Virus record (IMG/VR): IMGVR_UViG_3300005654_000003
Coordinates: 7,132 to 71,131 of that record
DNA from: a virus
Length of the DNA: 64,000 nucleotides
Reading direction: 5' to 3' (one strand)
The notes under the pieces are model-generated. The model saw only the letters and a program-made list of their open reading frames with translations, ran no database searches and had not been told where the DNA came from. Both the position numbers and the translations under genes were made by a program. Shown piece after piece: positions 20,280 through 29,378 of this stretch (the stretch's first letter is position 1; the number at the start of each line of letters is the position of its first letter).

Positions 20280-21053
20280 TTATTTAAGGTAGATCTTGGA
20301 AATAGAAGTATCGTTTCCTTCTATCTCGACACTCACGTTTCGAGCACCCTTCATTAATTCTTTTGTCAGAGGTATATTGACTTCTATTTTTTGTGACTCC
20401 CCTTTATACTTAATTTTTTGTTTTGCTGCTATAAAAGAAGAATCTAAGACACTATGCACCTTAAAGTTAACATAGTACTCCTTGTGTTCAATTACGTTGC
20501 TCTCAGGCACAGAAAATGAGCAATACAGAATATCCGCCTTATGTGCTTTTGATACTTCACGTCTGGAAAATGTACCTGTTTTTTTTAGAGCCTTCACGTG
20601 CAATCCTACAATAGAAAGATGCTCACTGCTCATTACTTGTTCTAATTCGACAATATCGTGTTTTAAAACAACAATGACTGAATCCGATTTTTCTAAACTA
20701 TCTCTTAATTCCAGCACTTTTTCTTTTTGACTCTCTTTTTTGACAAGATTCACTTTATATTCTAAATATTCGACTCTTTTTTTGGCATTAGATAGGCGAA
20801 TTTCAATATCTTGATTAACGACATTCTTAAATTTTGCTCCATCTAGCTTAGCCATGATACGTAAAATTTGATCTGTATCTACCACCGCCTGTGACTCTAG
20901 GCTATCAATGGTTAATTCCATGATACGTATTTCATTTTTCAATGATACGATTACGCTGTCCTTAGTGACTGATTGTTCAATCACGGTTTCTATAGGGTCT
21001 TGATCTACGATGCATCCTGCAAAGAATACTAAAAAAAACGGTATATATTTCAT
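20280..21053 (-). CDS. lipoprotein with coiled coil and C-terminal Ig-like domain (Bacteroidota-type family)
   Basis: FAGC lipobox at Cys14; coiled coil about aa 30-145; SKAHKADILYCSFSV...KIKYKG...LMKGARNVSVEIEG resembles a common Bacteroidota hypothetical family. Confidence 0.55.
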   Translation of the reverse strand: MKYIPFFLVFFAGCIVDQDPIETVIEQSVTKDSVIVSLKNEIRIMELTIDSLESQAVVDTDQILRIMAKLDGAKFKNVVNQDIEIRLSNAKKRVEYLEYKVNLVKKESQKEKVLELRDSLEKSDSVIVVLKHDIVELEQVMSSEHLSIVGLHVKALKKTGTFSRREVSKAHKADILYCSFSVPESNVIEHKEYYVNFKVHSVLDSSFIAAKQKIKYKGESQKIEVNIPLTKELMKGARNVSVEIEGNDTSISKIYLK

Positions 21054-21370
21054 TAGTTTCTCTCTTTAAGAATTAAGTCATACGTTTTTTCTTGTCGTTC
21101 ATATACAAGTTTAATTTGCTCTTTCATATTCTTCATTCCATCACCAATATTGTCAAGTTTTGCATTTACTCTAATCGGATGTAGCTTCAAATCCTGAATA
21201 TCTCTTAACCCCTCATCGTAAATAATAGTCTGCTTTTCAATATTATCTAGCCTGTTATTTGTCGAATAATAAAATGGAATGAGTGCCAAACATGCTCCTA
21301 AAATTGCTCCCACTAATACCGATACTGTCTTCTGTATGGCTGGTTTTTGTACGGTTTCTTCTATATTCAT
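21053..21370 (-). CDS. single-TM membrane protein with coiled coil (holin/spanin-like candidate)
   Basis: TM segment VSVLVGAILGACLALIPFYY followed by a heptad-rich tail. Confidence 0.45.
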   Translation of the reverse strand: MNIEETVQKPAIQKTVSVLVGAILGACLALIPFYYSTNNRLDNIEKQTIIYDEGLRDIQDLKLHPIRVNAKLDNIGDGMKNMKEQIKLVYERQEKTYDLILKERN

Positions 21371-21414
21371 GTCTTATTTTATTAATGTTTTTTCAGACTC
21401 CTCCCTGATACACA

Positions 21415-21762
21415 CTAAACCTTTACTTTGTCAATATATTTTTTCAATAATTCAATCTCAGGCAAGTCATCTGCCAAAGTTCTCTTCTTTAGTTTCTCAT
21501 AATAAGAACGCTCAACCACATCCTCAATTAAACTTATTTGATAATCCAAATCAATTGTAAAGTCAAAGAAATTAAAGTCAAATGTTTTGAATAGTGGTGC
21601 AATGTCAATTGAGTTGTTCACAACATGATTCACAACATTACCCATGTACTCACTCTCATAAAGACTTTTAACGGTCTCAGTCTTTGCACCCTTACCCAGT
21701 ATTGCAATAGCAACACCATTTTCATAAATCAATTTGTATGTGTCTGTTCTGCTTTGTATCAT
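21415..21762 (-). CDS. hypothetical protein
   Basis: 115 aa directly after the LRR-like gene. Confidence 0.6.
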   Translation of the reverse strand: MIQSRTDTYKLIYENGVAIAILGKGAKTETVKSLYESEYMGNVVNHVVNNSIDIAPLFKTFDFNFFDFTIDLDYQISLIEDVVERSYYEKLKKRTLADDLPEIELLKKYIDKVKV

Positions 21763-21763
21763 A

Positions 21764-23473
21764 TTAGTCAGTTGTTACTGTACACCCCTTTGCAATTAAA
21801 CTTGTCTTTGCAGCACTCCCATTAAACCCTCCTGTTGTAGTGTCTGGTGTGGCACTATTCCCGTTCGTTTCTATCACCAATCCTGTTTTTCCACTTGCAT
21901 CAGCATCTACCAATAATTGATTTACATTAGCTACACTCATACCACAATTAACGAAGTTTAAACTACAAGTATTTGAAAGAGTTACACCCGTTAAATCTAC
22001 ATAACCCACATCTGTTGAGCCTACATTTAATGAAGTGATTACGCCTGTTGAGGTGGGCATGGTCAATCCTGTCATTAATGAATTAAACTTCAAGAACAAC
22101 GCACCACTTAAATTTGTAAACGGTGTTAAATCAAGAGTGCCTGTAATGTCATTGCTGTCTAAATACAACACCGTCACACTATTTGAAACGGTTGTAGGAA
22201 ACGTAATTGTTGTCAAGTCATCATTTGCACTTATATCAATCGTTCCAGACAAGGTTAAATCAGAAATATCACAAGTTGTTAATCCTGTATTTATAATTGA
22301 TAGGTTTGAAATATTGCCTGAGCTAGTGTGCCATGTCAAGCCTGTCATGTTAGGGTTCTGTGAAACATCGACCGTACCTGATAAATTTTCAAGAGGACTG
22401 AGGTCTTGTGTGCCTGTGATGTCACAATTATCAATTTGGAATGATACGATTGAACCGTTTGTTGTTGGAAATAAAAACTTTGTACAGTTAGCCATTATAT
22501 CGCATTGCACTGATCCTGAAATATCATTCAACCCACTCAAGTCAAAAGTACCTGTTATACCTGCTGCCCTTGTGTTTATAAACGTAACTGTGCCTGTTGT
22601 TGCATTTGCCGTAACTGGTGTGAATGCACTTGTGCAGCTTGATAGGTTTAATGTGCCTGAGAAGTGAATCACATTGCTCCAATCAAGTGCTGTTAATGGA
22701 TTGCTATGTACAATAAACTTATTGATCTTTGTGCTGGCAGGAAAAGTAAACCCTGTGATGTCATTGTTGTTCATTTCAAAAGAACAATCAAGGTCATCAA
22801 TATCTGTAAAGTCTTGCACCCCCGCAATATCACAACTGTAAGCTGTAACAGAAGTTAATTTACCACCACTTGGATAGGTTACTGTTTGCAGGTTTGAGTT
22901 TGTTCTTATATTCATACCACCCTGCATATTTGAGATAGGGCTAAAATCTAAAACCGTACCATCAAAACCACTTTGCATTGATATTGATGTGATTGCCACA
23001 CTGGTACTTGGAAAAGATATAGTTGAAATATCATTGCCGTTTGAAAAGTTTATACTACCACCCAATTGAGTCATTCCAGACAGATCAACATTACCTGTAA
23101 TCCCTGCACCACTAAAATTTATACTTGTTACTAGGGCTGTGGTTGTTGGAAATAAAACATCCTCAATACTTGTATTTCCATTAAACGTGTAAATCAAAAC
23201 ATTTACAAAAGGTCTGAAATCTAAATCACCTTTCAACCCATCAGACGGCATTGTCATTTCAGTTACACCTGTTTCATCATCAAAAGAAACCTCCACTGGC
23301 TTATCTCCTGAGCTGGCAAAGGTGTGGAATATTGATGAACCTGTTACCTTAGACTCATTACCATTTAACCACCAAACAACATTGCTTGCCCCTGCATTTA
23401 TTGTAGGGTCAAATGTAGTGCCTGTGTCACTATCAGTTGTCAAATATAATCTTGCGTATTTCTTAAAAAACAT
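21764..23473 (-). CDS. leucine-rich-repeat-like beta-solenoid protein, probable tail fibre/adhesin component
   Basis: About 24-aa repeats of type ITGxxDLSxLxxLSGxxxxxxNxxxTxxxFPTxxxxxTxxxxx. Start moved to ATG 23473 (TAATG overlap with the upstream gene). Confidence 0.7.
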   Translation of the reverse strand: MFFKKYARLYLTTDSDTGTTFDPTINAGASNVVWWLNGNESKVTGSSIFHTFASSGDKPVEVSFDDETGVTEMTMPSDGLKGDLDFRPFVNVLIYTFNGNTSIEDVLFPTTTALVTSINFSGAGITGNVDLSGMTQLGGSINFSNGNDISTISFPSTSVAITSISMQSGFDGTVLDFSPISNMQGGMNIRTNSNLQTVTYPSGGKLTSVTAYSCDIAGVQDFTDIDDLDCSFEMNNNDITGFTFPASTKINKFIVHSNPLTALDWSNVIHFSGTLNLSSCTSAFTPVTANATTGTVTFINTRAAGITGTFDLSGLNDISGSVQCDIMANCTKFLFPTTNGSIVSFQIDNCDITGTQDLSPLENLSGTVDVSQNPNMTGLTWHTSSGNISNLSIINTGLTTCDISDLTLSGTIDISANDDLTTITFPTTVSNSVTVLYLDSNDITGTLDLTPFTNLSGALFLKFNSLMTGLTMPTSTGVITSLNVGSTDVGYVDLTGVTLSNTCSLNFVNCGMSVANVNQLLVDADASGKTGLVIETNGNSATPDTTTGGFNGSAAKTSLIAKGCTVTTD

Positions 23474-24960
23474 TATCCAAAGTTTTTGCCATAATCCCAG
23501 AAGTAAGTCGTTCCTGCAAATCTCCATGATAAGATGGTAATATCATCTGCTCCTGTAGTTAATAAATTTGATACAGGAGTGCTCTCAATCACTTTACTTG
23601 GAGAGGGAAGGGATGTAATATTAAATCCTCCTGTGGAGTCTTGAATTACAATTAACTCTCCCTGCATTCCATCAGTAGCTCCTGTAATTGCAATTGCTGT
23701 ATCTCCTGTTAAGGTTACTTTTCCGTTAACACTCACAGAGGTATCTATTGTTGTTGTTGCTCCGTATGTTAAAACAGTATAGGGTTGCCAAGCTACACCA
23801 CCTGATGATAAATTAGAATGATACTCTGTAAAGTAAATGTCAGTGCCCTCATATTTAAATTCTAATATTGTGACAGCATTCGCATCAGTGTCAATCATGT
23901 CAGCCTGTGCCGTGCCTCTTGTTGACTTGAAGGCAGCAGGAAAGGCAATTTCATGCCCACCAGTACCATCTTGTGTAACAACAATTGTACCCTCATCACC
24001 TGAAGCAAAACTGTTCATGTATAGAGCCACATTGGTATTTATGTCAAGTGTTCTATTGTAACCCTCTGAAACATTCCAGTTAACATTGCCGCTTGATATT
24101 GTGAGGGCTGAAAAAGTATTTTTTACCCAAATTGGTTTGTTGAAAAACTCAGTACCATCATACACAAGACCATCACCATCGGCAAGTGCTGTGGTTGTTG
24201 TGTCAACATCTGTCAACTCATTAAGCGTTTCAGTTTTTGGAAACTCCGCCATCTCAAACTTAAACGTGCTATCGCTCCAAATCAATCCTCGTCCGTTTAT
24301 CTTTGCACCAGGCAAATTAACATCACTGTGTGTTCCAACAGAACCAGCAGCACTTACTTTAGCAGTATTTAAGACTACCGCAGCGTTAGCTGCTACTCTA
24401 GTTTCAGTATAATATTTATTCGTACCCTCTGCCAGATCTGTAGTAGTCAATACTACTGTTCCTGTTTGACCGTTGACTGTTGCTACTGCATCTGTATTAT
24501 CTACCTTGTACCACTTAGAGTCGTCTCCAAAAAATAAGTGATCTCCTATTTTCCAATCTGTAATGCCATCTAAACTTGTTGAGCCGTCCGCACTTACTCG
24601 ATAGTAGTCGCCTACATCTCCGACTCCATCAGCTAAGGAAGGTGTGTTAGTGGTTGCGTTCCAAGTGCCTTTTGGGGTTAATCCGCCACCTACTGTAACA
24701 GGATCAGATGGTACTAGATTTGTACCGTCCCAAGTCAAAAACTGTCCATTAGTGATGCCTGTAATATCAACATCTGAATTATCATTGATAGAATTCACTA
24801 CTTTCGCAAGAGTTTCCCATGCACTTGTAACGGCATTGTACACATAATGCTGCTTTTCTCCTACATTATCGTTATACCAAATCAACTGAGTATTAGACGG
24901 TGCAGTCGTACCCACATGAATCGCTTTAACTAAGCCTAAATTTTTACTTTGAAACGCCAT
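23473..24960 (-). CDS. tail fibre protein
   Basis: GTWNATTNTPSLADGVG...GDYYRVS...DWKIGD module, VATVNGQTGTVVL, EGTNKYYTE repeat, two QDxTGG/ILxF C-terminal modules. Confidence 0.75.
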   Translation of the reverse strand: MAFQSKNLGLVKAIHVGTTAPSNTQLIWYNDNVGEKQHYVYNAVTSAWETLAKVVNSINDNSDVDITGITNGQFLTWDGTNLVPSDPVTVGGGLTPKGTWNATTNTPSLADGVGDVGDYYRVSADGSTSLDGITDWKIGDHLFFGDDSKWYKVDNTDAVATVNGQTGTVVLTTTDLAEGTNKYYTETRVAANAAVVLNTAKVSAAGSVGTHSDVNLPGAKINGRGLIWSDSTFKFEMAEFPKTETLNELTDVDTTTTALADGDGLVYDGTEFFNKPIWVKNTFSALTISSGNVNWNVSEGYNRTLDINTNVALYMNSFASGDEGTIVVTQDGTGGHEIAFPAAFKSTRGTAQADMIDTDANAVTILEFKYEGTDIYFTEYHSNLSSGGVAWQPYTVLTYGATTTIDTSVSVNGKVTLTGDTAIAITGATDGMQGELIVIQDSTGGFNITSLPSPSKVIESTPVSNLLTTGADDITILSWRFAGTTYFWDYGKNFG

Positions 24961-24971
24961 TTATTTTCTTT

Positions 24972-25292
24972 TTATGTTAAGTCGTCTCCTTCCCAGAAGA
25001 GATGACCGTTCTCATTAATAAAATAATTATCAAAATCGCCTGTATTTGATAATATAATTAATTCACCTATATCATTGATATAATAATCAATAGCTTCTGG
25101 ATGATCTTGCATTTGTATAACAAGTTCGCCTCCGATGTACGATATGCTGTCTATATTATTGGCTAGACTAGCAATAAAAGCCTGAATTGTATTTGGCAGT
25201 ATTCCAGCCTCAAAGTATTCAGTCTTTATAAAAATAGTATTGCCCTCGGTTCTAAGGGAAGTAACTACTGGTATGCTTGTTGTTTCTGCCAT
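24972..25292 (-). CDS. hypothetical baseplate-associated protein
   Basis: 106 aa coupled to baseplate J. Confidence 0.6.
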   Translation of the reverse strand: MAETTSIPVVTSLRTEGNTIFIKTEYFEAGILPNTIQAFIASLANNIDSISYIGGELVIQMQDHPEAIDYYINDIGELIILSNTGDFDNYFINENGHLFWEGDDLT

Positions 25293-26500
25293 TATATATT
25301 TCTAAGTACGCTTGCTTGCAATGAAACATCAGCTACATTTGGATAAAAACTAGGCAATAAATTGCCACTAAGGTCTTGAATAATCGCTCCGTTAAGATCT
25401 AGCATTCTAAACGCCCTTAGTCGTGGTAATTTATTTTTATCAGTAGCTATATCTACTTTTGGCGTAAAGAATTGATCAGCAACATATCTTACACCCTTTG
25501 TGTTTTTGACAATGTTCAATAAATTATCCCACTCAATCACATCTGAACCTGCATTCCAGTATCTAAAATCCAAGTACTTAGCTATTTTAGTTTGTATTTC
25601 AATTCTAACATCATCTACACTAAAAGATGAAAAAATATCTACTCTAAAAGACATGTCCACCGCTTGCCATTCGATATTTTTGACCTCCATTCCATAAGAT
25701 TGCTTACCATTTGGCCTCAATTCAGTAAATGCAAAGAACTTTTCACCTTCAACAAGTAAATTATTCAGCTCTAATGTCGTTAGATCAATTCCGTTTACTG
25801 TCACCACAGCCAACCTAAGTTGGCCTAAGTCATTGAAACCCTGAAAGATAACTCTCAATATATTATTGTTTATTTTCATGAATGCCTGTTCTACCATAGC
25901 TAGAGTTCCTGTAGCTAGGATATTTGGGCCATCCTTGATTCTTTTTCTAAATTCTTCATCCGATTCTACATCTCTTCCACCTATCGCTTGGTATTCATTT
26001 ACGCAATAACGATGCCCTGCTGGCTCAGGTGATACCTTGTTAATAGAAGCTGGTGCAACATTCATGCTCACTCCCCTATCGACACTCCTAGCCTTTACAT
26101 AAGAGAATCCTGCTTCACCTATAGTTGTAGATATTTCTATATCGAACTGTACGCCATCTAGCGACTCAAATATGTGCGTACCAGCTAAATACTCTGTTCC
26201 TTCATCTCCTACTACACGTATGTATGTCGATGATTCAGATGATCCAAATCTAGGTGCAATCCCATATATTTCTGCTGTTGTATCTAATTGGGAAGAAAAG
26301 GCTAAGTCTGGAAATAATTGAGATAGAGCAATAACAATATCTTTTTCGGCCTTACCTGCTACTTTTGCTACACCATAAGCAATACCACTAAGGGCACTAT
26401 GATTAGATATTTTACTAACCTTATCGGTTTTATTTAGTAAAAGCTCTGCAAATAGTTTTTTTCTTTCTTCTAGCGTACTTGGACTTATGTTAATTGGCAT
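25292..26500 (-). CDS. baseplate J-like wedge protein
   Basis: QLDTTAEIYGIAPR, GTEYLAGT, NVAPASIN, GGRDVESDEEFRKRI. Confidence 0.88.
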   Translation of the reverse strand: MPINISPSTLEERKKLFAELLLNKTDKVSKISNHSALSGIAYGVAKVAGKAEKDIVIALSQLFPDLAFSSQLDTTAEIYGIAPRFGSSESSTYIRVVGDEGTEYLAGTHIFESLDGVQFDIEISTTIGEAGFSYVKARSVDRGVSMNVAPASINKVSPEPAGHRYCVNEYQAIGGRDVESDEEFRKRIKDGPNILATGTLAMVEQAFMKINNNILRVIFQGFNDLGQLRLAVVTVNGIDLTTLELNNLLVEGEKFFAFTELRPNGKQSYGMEVKNIEWQAVDMSFRVDIFSSFSVDDVRIEIQTKIAKYLDFRYWNAGSDVIEWDNLLNIVKNTKGVRYVADQFFTPKVDIATDKNKLPRLRAFRMLDLNGAIIQDLSGNLLPSFYPNVADVSLQASVLRNI

Positions 26501-26533
26501 ACTATCTTATTTATATAAAAATAGTTAAATACC

Positions 26534-27469
26534 TTAGAAAGAGGCAGACGTATTACTGATCTCACCTTTTCTATTCTCAACTTCAAAACTAATCTCTACA
26601 GAATCAGCCGTTCTATTAATGTCTACAATAGAAAAAGACTTTATAGAGTCATCTGTCGAGAATAAATTAGTAAGGTCTCTAAATATAATTGGATAGGTGA
26701 CATTATTGACGTTTGAACCCACTATGAATTTAGGGTTAATGCCATCAGTTTTAAATTCTGGATTATCGCCTTTTTTAACATTAATTAATGTTTCTATCGT
26801 TTGAGCAAAGGTGTCAGTTGGCGATAATGTTTTAATATCGTCATCTTCAAAGGAAATTGTATTGGCAAAATCTCTACCTAACACATTGTCATCTTCTAGT
26901 GTAGATACAACGCTCTTGATAGTTACTCTCCTGTTGCCGTTATTTAGGTTCGCTTTGATAATATTACCTCCCTCAGACGTATAGGACTCTTCTGTTAATT
27001 CATTCTGAATGGCTAAATCAGTCCAATCATTATCGCTATTGGTAGAATTTAAAATATCAGAAGACAATGACTCTAATGTTTGACCCTGCTTTAATGGGAT
27101 TTCTACTGGCAAATAACCGTTGTAATTTGTTCCATTGAATGTACTTCGTGACCATTTTGGTGCATTCTTGACATTTAATATCCACGTGTAGATATTTTCC
27201 ACATTCTCAGTAAGAATCCAGAATTTAAAGTTTCTTAAATTGTCACTTTGTAGTCTAATTGTTTCAAAATAGCTTTCTATGTCTGTTTCAATCTCTTTCA
27301 TTAATTGAAAAGATACGGTATTCATGGTTTTTGTTTCACCTCTATAGAATGATACGACATTTTGATAATGCCTATCTGCAAATACAGCCACCTTATTGAA
27401 CAAATCTCTAATTCTGAAACTCGTTTTATTTTGGAATTCTTCTAATATTTGTGGATTTAAGTTTGGCAT
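26534..27469 (-). CDS. baseplate wedge protein (LysM-like region + gp25-like C-terminus)
   Basis: LKQGQTLESLSSDIL...DWTDLAIQN; C-terminal KGDNPEFKTDG...IKSFSIVDINR; position before baseplate J. Confidence 0.65.
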   Translation of the reverse strand: MPNLNPQILEEFQNKTSFRIRDLFNKVAVFADRHYQNVVSFYRGETKTMNTVSFQLMKEIETDIESYFETIRLQSDNLRNFKFWILTENVENIYTWILNVKNAPKWSRSTFNGTNYNGYLPVEIPLKQGQTLESLSSDILNSTNSDNDWTDLAIQNELTEESYTSEGGNIIKANLNNGNRRVTIKSVVSTLEDDNVLGRDFANTISFEDDDIKTLSPTDTFAQTIETLINVKKGDNPEFKTDGINPKFIVGSNVNNVTYPIIFRDLTNLFSTDDSIKSFSIVDINRTADSVEISFEVENRKGEISNTSASF

Positions 27470-27471
27470 AT

Positions 27472-28203
27472 TTAAAATAAAGCACTTTTAATTTCATTTA
27501 ATACCGAATTTCCTGCCTTTTGTATAATATTATTTGCTGACAATGTAGCTGTTAATGCTCTTTGATCATCTGGACTAGCAAGATCTTCTATTCTAGCCAG
27601 TGACTTTAGCTGTAGATTGTAGTCCCAAATCATATTATGGGATTCATTTTGAGTAAAATCTATACCCATTGGCTTTACAATGTAGTTATTTCCCAACGCT
27701 AAGTTGTAAAAATATAGTTTATGAGGTGCATTGTTATCATCTAATTGTGAGGCCGTCTTCACAATTCTCTCTAAGATCTTGCTACAGCCATACCCTGTTT
27801 TAATGCTAGGTGAAAAATCTTGTACTCTATTACCATTCACTTGTCCAGATACACTAGAAAAAGAGAATGCAGAAAATGACACTACTTCTTTTCCAACTAA
27901 GAATTTGAATTGTCTACCAAAATTACCCTGTAAAGTAATATCTGTGGGCACAAATGTTTGAGTAGATATAGTTGTAATACCCCCTGCTGTTTTCTTAACG
28001 TTCATAATGGGACTATAGGATTCTCTTATTTCTTTAGGGTTTATGGGAAATAAAAAATACTCCACAGTTTCATCTTTAGAATTAACCAACTCTAATGCCA
28101 CCGCATACATTTCAATGTCATTGGGGAACAACGCATTTACGGCTGGCCTACCTACTGTACTAAGTAAGCCTTTATATCTATTAAGAGTATCTGAAACTGC
28201 CAT
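27472..28203 (-). CDS. baseplate/tail-tube initiator-like protein
   Basis: FLFPINPKEI...VKKTAGG...DITLQGNFG...WDYNLQLK pattern. Confidence 0.6.
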   Translation of the reverse strand: MAVSDTLNRYKGLLSTVGRPAVNALFPNDIEMYAVALELVNSKDETVEYFLFPINPKEIRESYSPIMNVKKTAGGITTISTQTFVPTDITLQGNFGRQFKFLVGKEVVSFSAFSFSSVSGQVNGNRVQDFSPSIKTGYGCSKILERIVKTASQLDDNNAPHKLYFYNLALGNNYIVKPMGIDFTQNESHNMIWDYNLQLKSLARIEDLASPDDQRALTATLSANNIIQKAGNSVLNEIKSALF

Positions 28204-28238
28204 GTATAAAAATAATTAAATGTAATGGGTTTAATGGG

Positions 28239-28493
28239 TTAGCTAATAATGGCCGTAGCTGGTGCTGTGGTAGCTCCTGTTTGAGCCACTGCTGTTCCTG
28301 CTGTGGTGACTGCAATGCCAGGTGGTACAGTAACCGTAGCCGTCTTAATATACGTAGTCACCTCACTTGCAATGGCCTTGGCTAATTCAGCTATAGCATT
28401 TTCTGGCTTGATAGATCCACCCTCAATGGCCTTACCTATTCTTGTTAATTGTAATTCTAATGCTTTTTCTAATACTGTTGGAACTAATGGCAT
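28239..28493 (-). CDS. small spike-associated structural protein
   Basis: 84 aa, VTVPPGIAVTTAGTAVAQTG; directly after the spike gene. Confidence 0.5.
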   Translation of the reverse strand: MPLVPTVLEKALELQLTRIGKAIEGGSIKPENAIAELAKAIASEVTTYIKTATVTVPPGIAVTTAGTAVAQTGATTAPATAIIS

Positions 28494-28494
28494 A

Positions 28495-29373
28495 TTATTC
28501 TATTTTATGTTTTTTACTTTTAAGACTTTCTAGTGTGGGCAAAAGGGCAGCTAATTGTGGTGCACTGATGAAAAATTGAGGACCAATGGATGTGGGCACT
28601 TGTGTTTTTGATAAAATATCAATGAGATCTTGCAATAGATCTACTGTAGTGTCTCCCAAGAGCATTGACTCATTAGCATCGCTTGCTCCCAAATTAATAT
28701 TTTCGCTGTCGATGTCCACCTTGCCATCTGATATTTCAATTTTATTGTCAAATTCATCTTCATAAGTAAAACCTTCGCCTTTTTTGTAAGCTATCGTAGT
28801 ATTATTTTCATCAATTTCGGGATTGTCTATGGTAATATTAAGCTCATCTGATACATCTATACTAAATTGTTGTGAAGATAGCTCTATCGAGCCAGAAGAG
28901 GCTATTTTAACAATGCTATCGAGCCCTCCATTTTTTGATTTAATATAAATATTACCCCCTTCCCTCACTAAAGCATTGGCGTTTATAAAGACATCACCAG
29001 TATTTTCATCAACCGTAAAATCACCTGAATTTTGTTTATTGTCTCTATAAAAAGAAGCCTGCCCCTCCCCTTGTTGTATCACTTCACCTTTTTTACTGAA
29101 TACCCCTACGATCACAGGTGCATTGTTACTCGGTATATTATTCCACGACACCATGCTACCTAAAGTATCTGTGGTGTCTGGAAACACAATGTGATCCCAT
29201 AAGTGCTTGGACATCAATACGTTTTCCATTAAGCCACCATTTTCCATAACAATGCTGACCGTTCCTGTAGAATAACAGAATCGAACATATTTATTTCTTT
29301 CTACTCCTTCTGGTATTATAACGTATGCAATTCCAGAAGAATGTCGAGATCCAATATTGTTTTTACTAACCAT
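28495..29373 (-). CDS. baseplate central spike (gp5/gpV-like)
   Basis: N-terminal OB-like region, beta-helix-like repeats, ESMLLGDTTVDLLQDLI...TSIGP C-terminus. Confidence 0.65.
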   Translation of the reverse strand: MVSKNNIGSRHSSGIAYVIIPEGVERNKYVRFCYSTGTVSIVMENGGLMENVLMSKHLWDHIVFPDTTDTLGSMVSWNNIPSNNAPVIVGVFSKKGEVIQQGEGQASFYRDNKQNSGDFTVDENTGDVFINANALVREGGNIYIKSKNGGLDSIVKIASSGSIELSSQQFSIDVSDELNITIDNPEIDENNTTIAYKKGEGFTYEDEFDNKIEISDGKVDIDSENINLGASDANESMLLGDTTVDLLQDLIDILSKTQVPTSIGPQFFISAPQLAALLPTLESLKSKKHKIE

Positions 29374-29378
29374 AGCAG

